A DNA stretch of 44,018 nucleotides from Perkinsus chesapeaki ATCC PRA-425. Lineage: Eukaryota > Protista > Perkinsozoa. Positions within the stretch are counted from its first letter, which is position 1. Each line of letters begins with the position of its first letter. The stretch lies in assembly GCA_013115145.1 (NCBI GenBank), contig JAAPAO010000276.1, forward strand, positions 1 through 44,018, given 5' to 3'. A program made the translations under genes and the position numbers. The notes beneath the pieces were generated by a model. That model was not told where the DNA came from, made no database searches, and saw only the letters and a list, made by a program, of their open reading frames with translations. Positions 1 to 9,965 of the stretch are shown here, in pieces.

Positions 1-237
1 TGGACATGGGAAACCTTCAGCCCGCACGCCTTGTGCGGATGATATTCGAGAATACGGTGACAAGTGATACAGCACTGCGGCGGGGAGAGCGGTCGTTAGG
101 TTGAAGTAACTTCAACCGTTGAACCGATAAACCCGTCCGCAGGGTGGCTGCTAAAACGGACCGTGAAAGATAGTAGAGTAGACAGGGCCGCGCAGATAGC
201 ATCAGGAATCCTAATTCAGGATCCCCAGGGCGGAGTG

Positions 238-262
238 GGAGGGGGAAAAAAGGGGGGGGGTG
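238..262 (+). mobile_element. Polypurine tract followed by TG; possible PPT/3'-LTR boundary of a decayed LTR retrotransposon
   Basis: GGAGGGGGAAAAAAGGGGGGGGG directly followed by TGGAGT. Upstream frames carry many stops. No second LTR copy or recognisable RT motif was seen. Confidence 0.25.
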
Positions 263-574
263 GAGTTACACCAACAACGTTAGGAACAGAGGACTACCGG
301 CATACGATAGGAAATATTCGGAGTGCGGTAGTGCATGAACGTGCAAAGATACGCGCTCCAGTGGCGCGCTAGTCGCCCCGTGTGCGAGCACACGTTGAGT
401 CTATCTGCCACTTCCCTCACCGTGAGAGAAATGGCAGATTGATAAAGCGACATGATGAGGCTTGAGAACGAGCTCGAAAAAATGGTGCTATTCTAGTCTA
501 TCCCGAAAAGGTATCCGTGATCTCCTACGCGGGAGTGTATCCCAGCAGCGCACCCAGCATACATCGGGAAAGTA

Positions 575-627
575 GCGTGTATGACCTAAGGTCATACACG
601 CATGGAAAGGTCATTGACCTTTCCATG
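575..627. repeat. Two abutting perfect inverted repeats (13-bp arms, 1-nt spacer each)
   Basis: GCGTGTATGACCT-A-AGGTCATACACGC (575-601) and CATGGAAAGGTCA-T-TGACCTTTCCATG (601-627), checked base by base. Confidence 0.97.
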
Positions 628-1245
628 AGAGGACGCTCACGGCTCGCGAGCGTTCGCATGACATCTGAGATACTCGTGGCACGACTCGTGAGTCGCTAGA
701 GGTACTTCAAGTACCTCAGGTGGCTGTCACAAAATTACCTCAACATAGCGTCTAGCGGTTATGGTGACTGCCTTTCACGCGACAGATGTTGGGTGCCGGG
801 CTTCCTGCTTCGTCAGAACCTCCGGAGTAGGCCGTCAGGCAGTGCGCTCGGGGGGGGCCCGGAGAGAGGGCACAGGCGAGGCCGGGCGCCCACACTGTTC
901 GTGCAAGAAGCCATCGACCGTTGATAAGAGGGGGGCTTAGATGTCGAATTTGGAAATCATCGATGAATGTTCTTCATATTCCGTACTTCAGCTCTCGTAA
1001 AACGAATTTGTTCTACGAGAAACTCAACCCGGAACAAACCGTGGGCGATCCATAACGAGCGTTAATAGTCCATCATTGCGCGCCAGAGCTGACACGCAAG
1101 TGCAACAGCGCATCTTTTCCAACCTGTTCTAAGGGGCGGAAGTTTTCCTACTAATATGCCTGAAAGGCTTGAGCCTTAAGAAATGAGTTTATGAACCGAC
1201 GCATCACATGGAACTTACTGTCCGCCCAAGGTATCCTACTGAACA

Positions 1246-1294
1246 AAAAGGTTTAAAAAACTTCGTAAAATTTACGAAGTTTTTTAAACCTTTT
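1246..1294. repeat. Perfect inverted repeat, 24-bp arms, 1-nt spacer
   Basis: AAAAGGTTTAAAAAACTTCGTAAA-A-TTTACGAAGTTTTTTAAACCTTTT. Confidence 0.97.
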
Positions 1295-1333
1295 AATGCG
1301 GTGTCTCCGCAAAAAAATAGGGAGGGATCGCAA

Positions 1334-2457
1334 CTAGCGAGGCCTCCTCACTGCTTTCGCAATAAGTGACCAACAGAAACCGCTGCGCGGGGGGAAGCGA
1401 AACACCCCTGTGGCGGACGTTGTAATCGAACTTAGCAACCTCAATTTCTTGCTACATTTGTGACTCTGCTCAATACTATACTTTCTGCCTTTATTGTTTT
1501 GTTGCTCGAATCGATTTGCCGCTCTATATACCACAAAATTGACGAGAGATATACATTCCAGCAATTTTTTATTTACACAAGAGCATCTCAATATTCATCG
1601 AAGCAATACGAAATGTGCATATCAGCACTCAGTTTTCTTGTTCATCAGCTGCTTTCAATCTTTTGCTGGACAAAATGTGAACAAAGCAAGGACAAAATTA
1701 GTTTGTTTAGTCCATACCATCCTTTTTGCCATATGTGGCGCCATCATGGCGCCACATATGGCAAAAAATTGCGCTCGGCGGGTCCGACTCAAACATTCCT
1801 TCAACGCGGTCAACATTTATTACACTCGCGGTTGCAAGATAATCGTCAGGTGCTCTGCCCACTCACCTATACAACAACTTGGTAACATTTTGTCCGTTTA
1901 AAGAAGATCCAGGAGGAACTAGACCTACCATGAAATTCTTGAGTTGTTCCCGGTACAGTGACCCGGTACGGCTAGACATGGCTTCAGCGCACAATAGGAA
2001 GTCACTATTGAAAACTAGGAAAATACAAGTGCAGAATGTAGTCAGGCTATTACTAGACACTACTATCAGTTGTGCTGTTTTGGGGTAGTAGATAAGAGTT
2101 GTATATTCTTTTCGACCGATTCAGACATGCGCAGGTTCGATACCCAGCCTCTTGCATTATTCTCATCCGCAGTTCACTTCGCTGTGGCTGGATTGCGCGA
2201 CTCTTTCCTCTTTGCTGCTATTAGGACAACTGTTTACACATTTGAGCACTTTTGATAGTAGCAACTTTCGTACGAAGCGGCAAACTTGTTAGACACATTT
2301 TAGCACCTGGTTCATTTCCGCAAAGTCTGATATTGAATTCAGCAAGTCTGCTCTTTCGTATCACAATTACTACCCTATTGCTTACTTTCACACATCCGGC
2401 GTGTAAAGTTAATAGTAGCAATGCGGCAGTAGTAGCAGTTATTCTACATTGTAGCAT
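1334..2457 (-). pseudogene. Possible degenerate multi-exon gene for a secreted protein
   Basis: Signal-peptide-like first exon MLQCRITATTAALLLLTLHAGCVK ends at a GTAAGC donor, and the exon-like segment DFLLCAEAM...TKLLYR ends at GTGAGT. I could not join the exons without stops. Confidence 0.25.
1723..1767. repeat. Perfect inverted repeat, 22-bp arms, 1-nt spacer
   Basis: TTTTTGCCATATGTGGCGCCAT-C-ATGGCGCCACATATGGCAAAAA. Confidence 0.97.
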
Positions 2458-3649
2458 ATTAGCACTATTTGGCTATTTGCTTTCTTGATCTTTCATTACA
2501 GCCTAGCACTGTCGGCGCTGTCAGTGTTGACGATTGTATTTGGGCCGTCGCATGTCCTAGCAAAAACCCTGTTTCCACCGGAGCGGCTCCGCCCAAGCCC
2601 CCTTCGCATATGCTAGTCTTTTCCAGACAGGGGCCCCATGAAGTGGGGATGTTCGGACTAAGTATTGGCTTGCACCGTCAGCCGCCGTTGCACTGCGGTA
2701 TTCTTCTAATATTCATTGACCAGTGGTTAACCGGAGTCCAGTCACTGGGCCAGATAACATTGGGATGAAATTTTTGAGTAGTCCCGATAGATTCGGTATT
2801 TCGGGAGCCATAAAGTAGGTAAGTAACCACGTAGAGATAGAACATAGAATAGGCGTGTTGCCCAGTGAAACCAACGAATGACGGATTATCACAATAATAA
2901 ATACCTCAAGACTCGTCTCTATCTAAAGATCTGAGCGGTTCGTATATACCGTAGAAGCTTGAAAACACTTTCATTTGTGGGCAAATGGGCATGGAAAATT
3001 ACACGGAAATAGGGAAAGAATAGCATCAGCACAGAGAATAAGTTGCGCGGCACAGCGATCGCACTGTGCGATTCGCACAACTGTCTCCACCGGGACAACG
3101 TACTTTCCCGGACTCTCGCAGTCTCTTGTGAGTGCAAGGGAGCCCCTCATAGGAGCACTACTTTCGCGAACGGTTTGCGGCGAACCTGCTAGTAATATGA
3201 GCCCGGGGACTTGTGTGCGGCGCACACAGTGTGCGGCACGCTGGGTCACCCAGTCTGGGTGGAGGCGCCACCTCTGAAGATCTTAGCTATGCCAAAGATG
3301 CAGTATACTACGCGTAAGGTATATAGACTCAATATTGCGCCAACATGAATGCTGCCACTGACAGTCACATCATGTCAGTGCAGTTTCCCATGATCACAGA
3401 GAAGTTGAGAGTAGAGTAGGTCCCAGAATCACTCTTACTAACAGCGCGTTGGCGTCCTGTTCCACCGATTAACTACTTCAGATCCGCTCCACCCCGGAGT
3501 GGACCAGGTCCGTCACTTTAGGTCCCCCCGTGAAGATGCGAGCGGACAAGCTTGTAGCCCAAGCACAAGCTTATCAAGCCACACGCCAAGCTCAACGATA
3601 AGCGATAGCGATGTTGCTCAGCTCCTTCAGCTTTATTAATAGTTCCGCA

Positions 3650-6005
3650 ATGCACCGCTTCGTCACTTGCCTATTTCTTACTGGATTCCCTATCCTCGAA
3701 GGTACTGGAGTGTTGTGCCCTATGGGTAGAGGCAAACAGTACTTCGGATATCAGGAAGTGAGCTCGACCAATAAGTAATAATCACTCACTTTACCATCAT
3801 GTCGTATCACGTTTTGCATCGGTCCAGGTTGACTACAAGTAATTACTCGGTGTAGATACTTTTACACCATCATCGAGGCTGACACATCCCCCCAAACCTC
3901 GCCGACCTTTGTCTATTTTGTCGGTGGGCCCGGTCTTAGCAGCATGAATTCTATTGTCTCGGAAATCGGACCCTGTCGTCTGGCACGAGGTGGACAAACG
4001 CTGCTCGACTCAGAGTAAGTATAGTACTGGTGCTATCGGCCGGGATAAACCATTGTTTCCTATGCTAAACTTCATCTCCACAGCCTGAGAATAACTAGGG
4101 GATATCGTCAGATAATCATCTTCTCGGCAGATACTCTTGGACGAAAGCTGCAAATGGCATATGGGTTGACGCCCCGGGCAGCACTGGATTCAGCGAAGGT
4201 CCCCTTGAGACTACTTTCGAAGGATGGGTTAACAACTTGTAAGTGGAATTGTAACAGTCGCATAGTCACTATACAACTGTTACCATTTCACTATACTATA
4301 GTGCCTAATACTATTCGCCGAGCATTAACTAAGGGCTCTCTTGTTAGAAGCTTAGTGGTCTAATAAGCACCCTCTCGGTTGAAGGTACCGCAACTTAGAT
4401 ACACTTTCCTCTCCGAGTTCCTCAAGAAGCATCCCGACCTCAATAGGAAGCTATACCTCGCGGTCGGTTCTTTTGATGGTACCACAAGCCAGGATCACTG
4501 GGACGCCAGAGCTTGGCTTTGAACGGTGCAATTTCAGCAACAATAGTTGGTATGCTAGCAGCCAAGATCATAGAGTTGAAGGCTCCAATCAATCTAAAGG
4601 GAATTCTCTTGATGTCCGGGATTAGTGGACCGTTGGATGTGTGAGAATGCAGCTCAGAACTTTATTGCAGCACTCTGTTTAGATAGGTATCATGGGTGCC
4701 TTTTGAAAGCTGTAGAAAGGAAGCTGGTCAATCGTGATACGTAGGCCTTCACCATATTGCTGAAATGACTGTTTCATCTTTCCTCTTCCGTCCGTCAATT
4801 GACGACGTCAATTTGACGTGGTGCAGGAATTCACCAATGGAGGAGTCCACTTTGTCAAGAATAATTGAAAATTCTGCACCAACTTTCATACTGTCAATAG
4901 ATACGACCAAATGATCAAGGCTTTTCCCAAATGCGAAGAGGCCATTTCTAAGTGCCGACCTGCTTCTCCTGGAGGGATGCCTAGCCGAGGTGAGAGTTCC
5001 ACCTTTTAATACAAGTTGTATTACACAACTACCATCTTCACCTTATTAAGATGACTGTAAAGCGGCAAGGGAATTATGCGACGGTATTTTCCTGGTTCCT
5101 GTGGTGAATGCCGGTCACAGCGTGTAAGCTAATTATTATCCTAAAATCGACTTGTAAGCTGGCGCCTGCGTTGTCTCAGGTATGACGTGAGAACGGCGCC
5201 AGGAGAGGAAAAGACCATGTTCAAGTTTAAAACCGGAAATGTGAGATGTTCTGGCATGGGGCCAAGCTTTCTCACGGTTTAATTATTTAACTTTTCAACT
5301 TCATTGTATGCCCCATCTCAGGCCAAGGTCTTCTTCAACCTTCCCGACGTACAAAAGGCGCTGGGAGTATCCAAGCAGTGGACCTTTCAGAACAAAGAAG
5401 TGAGAAGGCACAGACGGATAGAAACATTCCGATGTTAAGAGCTCCTTCACACTGCCCATGGTTCTTCAGGTTACGAACGCTTACGACATGTACGCATTAT
5501 ACAATACAACTTCGGCAATAACCCTATCGCTGGATGCTGGTCTGGCTGTAAGTATATTGCTGCAAAAATGTTGCTATTTTATCTATTAATTGCAAGACGT
5601 TTTACTGCTCAGGTACTCGTGGTTCATGGCGAGCATGACTATATCACGAATGCAGAAGGTGCTCCGATTTGGATGAGCAGACTAGCTGGAAGGTTTCCTT
5701 ACGGGAAACAGCTTAACAAAGCCAAAATGACACCATTGAAGGTGGGTGACGCCTATCGCCATTATTCATACCTGATTCATCTCAAGACAGGTCGGAGGTG
5801 CAGTTATTGGAACGGCGAAGTTGACTAACTTCCTCAATCATGCGAGATTTGGTTTCGTGAAGGTAAGCCGGGATAACTGTGAGCAATACGAAGTTTTGAG
5901 GTACTCCACGCTTTTCAGCTCGACGGCTCTGGCCATGCGATCTCTAGATGTCAGCCCCTGCCGCTGCAGCAGCTGGCTCAGATGTTCATGATTGGAGGTA
6001 TTTGA
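3650..6005 (+). CDS. Secreted serine carboxypeptidase-like protein (peptidase S10), multi-exon, copy 1
   Basis: Hand splicing on GT-AG gives an open frame: signal peptide MHRFVTCLFLTGFPILEG, then KQYFGY, YFYTIIEAD, FVGGPGLSS, YSWTKAANGIWVDAPGSTGFS, AVGSFDA (Ser), VHGEHDYITN (Asp), GSGHAISRCQP (His), and TGA at 6003-6005. Confidence 0.92.
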
Positions 6006-6779
6006 TTCACAAGCCTTCACAACTTCACATAATGAACGTATTTTGCTATAAACCTGTGAATATCAAGCTAGATTATGCTGTGATGGAAGTAACGACACCT
6101 ACGTTGCGAAGCTGAGAAAATAACACATCTGTATTTCCCCAGGTCATCAAAGTCAGAAGTCGGTCAAAGTCGGAAGTATCACGGATACCATAAGCTCGAC
6201 GCCGGGCAGCTTTAGCCTTTACATCCGTAACAGTTAGTCACTAGATACAAGCCAGAGCTATTTTTATCGTCTCCAGCGGTGCATGGTAGCCCTTGAGTTT
6301 GTATTTCCTATAAACCGAGCCCAGCAGCTCACGCCGGAGTAACTTATGCCAATTCAAAAAAGCCAGTAGAGGCACTTATGATAGCTATCAAAAATGCATT
6401 ATCGTTATTATCTCATAATCCATACAATACGGCTCATAATCGTATAAGAGTTGTGATAATGTCACATCGCAAGGGACCCTTGCCAAGGGCGAACGTCGTT
6501 AACTAAGAGCATTAGTCAGCCTTGGTCTAAGGCTTTATAAAAAAAGGATTTATCCCGAGATTACTAGTATGCGTACTATGCACAGATTTGGTACCACGCA
6601 AAACGTCAAGGTGGCAATGAGCCATCACGTGAACAGGGTCACAAATGTCTACTCCACTATTTCAGCTGTATCGTGGGTAAACGATCTTTGAATGCTCTCG
6701 AAGATGCTGGGCTTCTGATGCCAAAAGCAACAAAAAAGGGAAGGAAACGAATAGCTGAAGCTCGGCTGCCGGATAAGTA

Positions 6780-7200
6780 TGTGATAGACGACAAAACTCA
6801 TCAGCTCGTTTGAGCGATATCGACAGCGGTGAATGTTTTCTACGCACAAAAATGAAGATCACCCATTCGAAGAACTGCGAGCAGGCTTAATGAGTTTCAG
6901 CAACTTCTGAACGTGACGTTTATCACTGACGCACAAACTAAAATAGCGTTGCTTCATCTTTGTCTAAAACCGATCTCTAAAAGGTGCTACTCCAGACGAA
7001 AAACCAGATGCGTTTGAAACAAGTAATCTGAGCGTCTGAGCTCGCTAATGATAGTTTAGACGTTTGCCCAAATCAGAGACTTTACCGCCGCCGTTGTTCG
7101 GAATCTACATGCTACTTGATCATCAGGGGTTTCAATTCGGGAGGCGAGCTTGCTCCCGCACATAATCGAAAAGACGAGTCGGAGCTCCATAATCGCAGTT
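6780..7200 (-). pseudogene. Degenerate paralog of the RRM gene at 9966-13721
   Basis: Three collinear similarities: PDDQVACRFRTTAAVK vs HDDQVAFRAPRATAVR (nt gctacttgatcatca vs gccacttgatcatca); an AG-preceded exon start SVL vs AVL; and RM...DIAQ vs RM...DIAH. Contains in-frame stops. Confidence 0.45.
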
Positions 7201-7735
7201 TTTCTTTCGTTGTTCTGAGAGGCAGGAGTCCTGCTAAAGAACATCCTCAATGAGAGCATAGTTTCGCTGTCCCGAGCTTGTGAAGCTTACAACATAGGCA
7301 CAAAGCAGTGAACGTCCCTGAAGTCAACAAGGTACAGAGCTGTACTCGGCCAATTATAGTCGCGCCATAGCTACATCGCTGTTTTACCAGCACCTCGAGG
7401 TAATACCGATACCAGTGCGTATTGCGCGTTAGATTGAAGAATGCTGTTGTGGCCATGATGCCACGCTGACTGATGGTCCATATTTCCGTACTGACAACGA
7501 ATTCCATGACCCGGTTGCTTATTTTCTTTCGTTCTGCGTGGAGCGGCGCAAGTAGCCAGTGGCTCCTTTAAGCTCAAGCCACCCAAAGAAATGTATATGC
7601 GTTATTGCTGTTAGATTTGGTTATTCCTTAGAGCTATTATTCTTCGTACATTTCCTTGATGAAAATATTATGTCTCCGAACCCAGTGACTTCAACCCTTT
7701 TCAGTGTGGATTTTATACAGCCTTTGCGCTACTTC

Positions 7736-9943
7736 ATGATGTTCTTGGCCATCGCTAGCCTGTATTTTGTTGGGCTGCCTCTCTACGAGGGCACTGGAGT
7801 CTTATGTCGTACCAGTGGCGGAGCGCAGTCCTTCGGGTACCAGGAGGTCGGCGGCACTAACAAGTAGGGAGGTACAGTGCTAAGTAACTACAATATTACA
7901 CCTTCACAGGTACTTCTACACAGTTATAGAAGCCAACAAAGACCCCAAGAATTCTCCAACATTTATCGTCCTCCCTGGAGGGCCTGGTTTGAGCGCCATG
8001 GGGCTAACGTTAACGGGTATGGAGCCATGTCTCTTAAACGAAAATGGAACTCTGCAAGACTCAATGTAAGCGAGCTACACTGATGTTGCACGCCACTATG
8101 GTCTCCATAATGCCTGGCTAGGCATATCACTTACAAGTCAATTGCCAGTTATTTGCCGTCAGGAGTTAAGCCCAGAAACTAACATTAGCTCGCTCGGACA
8201 GGTATTCTTGGACGAAGTTCGCTAATGGGATATGGGTAGACGCTCCTGGAACCACTGGATTTAGTCAAGGTAAAGTCGAGAATACTATGGAAGAATGGGT
8301 TGACAACTTGTAAGTGCCACGGTCTACTTCTGATTGGCTTTACAGACTACAACATTGGTTCCTTTCTCAGTATGTCTTGATAATTTGGATTGTTTGGTTA
8401 AGGTTCATTCTCGTCTCTGGAGTTCTTAAGAAGTACCCCACGATCAATCACAAAGTCTACCTTGTTGCCATATCTTTCGACGGTAAATCCTTCCCGTCCC
8501 AGTTGCACTTCAGACAGTTCCGTTTCAGCCTCAACAGCTGGAATGCTCGCCGCCAAGATTTCAAGATCCAAGGCTGCGATCGACCTGAGGGGAATCTTCA
8601 TGATGAGCGGCTTGACCGGTCCAACGGATATGTAGGAATCCGGCTTTAAAGCCTTCGGGGCTGTAGCCTGAGGTTCACACTTCAATGCTTTGACGCTTTG
8701 GTCTTATAGATACCTCGGATGTCTCATGAAAGCTCGGAAAGAAGGCCTAGTAAATTCGGGTGCGTAAGTGCTCATAATGGCGCAAAGAAGCGTCAGAAGC
8801 ACTTCATGAGAAGTTTCTAAGAATAGGCTCCTCCGTATGACTTCATCTTTACCCACATGTTCGAAAGAGATCAAGAAATGCCAACCGTCTACTGCCGGAG
8901 GGGTGCCAGACTCAGGTGAGAGTTTCGGAGCGCCTGTCTGCATTTGTGGTAGGCTAAGTACTAATCTATTTTAGCTGCCTGTGATGCGTCGAGGACCTAC
9001 TGCAATACCGAGTTTCTGCGTCCCGTACTTCAAGCCGGTCACAGCCAGTAAGGAATACTGTGATAGCCATCCTTGGCAGTTGGACTAGATACTGCATCCA
9101 ATCTGACAGTCATATATACGATGTCAGGTACTGTACGATGTACGGGTTGCGCCGGGTGCGAAGAATCTTGAAAAAATGTTCAAGTATAAGACCGGAAATG
9201 TAAGTCGCTCGGCGACGTGGCTCAAGCGTTCGTTCAACCTGTCTAATATTAGACTGGAGCTTTTTTCAATCAGCCTACAGTCCAAAAAGCGATGGGAGTT
9301 TCCAAGAAGTGGGTCGGGCTGGATCGACAAGTAGCGAGTCAGATATGGCTGGAGTGACTAGAAAGAATGGAACTTTCGCAGGTTCTAGATTCCCTGACGA
9401 GGTTCGGAGCATATAATACCACTGCCAGTATAACCGAAGCTCTTGATGCCGGACTGAGGGTAGCGTGAGCTTAAACATATTTCGAGAATATGCTCCGCTG
9501 CAAACAAGGTGGTGTTGCTCTCATTCTAAGATACTCGTTGTTCACGGCGATGCAGACTATATTACTAACGCAGAAGGTGGCCTATTTTGGATGAGCAGGC
9601 TAGCTGGCCGATTCTCCTACGGAAAGCAGTTGAATGCAGCCCCAGAACAGCCATTAAAAGTCGGTTATTGTTCATTTCCTACGTGAGGTGCATCGTGAAG
9701 CAGGTCGGAGATGAAATGATCGGGACAGCAAGGATGGCAAAGTTTTCCAATAATGCGAAATTTGGCTACGTAAAGGTATGTTTCGCGGGCATCGCTTGGA
9801 GTGTTGTATATGACTAAAATGACGCCAAGATGTATTAAGAGTCACAGATCCTTCAGGTCAAAGACTCTGGTCATATGCTCCTGAGGAATCGACCAAGAGG
9901 AATGAAGGTGCTGGCCAACAAGTTCATGAGCTTCGCCGAATAG
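7736..9943 (+). CDS. Secreted serine carboxypeptidase-like protein (peptidase S10), multi-exon, copy 2; possible frameshift near 9128
   Basis: Same intron positions as copy 1. MMFLAIASLYFVGLPLYEGTGVLC, LPGGPGLSA, YSWTKFANGIWVDAPGTTGFS, VAISFDA, VHGDADYITN, DSGHMLLRNRP, TAG at 9941-9943. One junction (9047/9128) is out of phase. Confidence 0.88.
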
Positions 9944-9965
9944 TTTCTACTTTCTGGGTGTACAC

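Noticed and set aside
2133-2148. GGTTCGATACC B-box-like sequence
   Set aside because: No surrounding tRNA stems; expected by chance.
3420-3640. VPESL...LHPGVDQVRHF resembling a Gypsy integrase zinc-binding motif, followed by five CAAGC repeats
   Set aside because: The motifs are in different frames with wrong spacing and no downstream CxxC or DDE core, so too weak to call.
9063-9078. TAGCCATCCTTGGC, a partial match to the perkinsid/dinoflagellate spliced leader (similar weak match near 7551)
   Set aside because: Short, gapped and intronic, with no SL RNA donor or Sm-site context.
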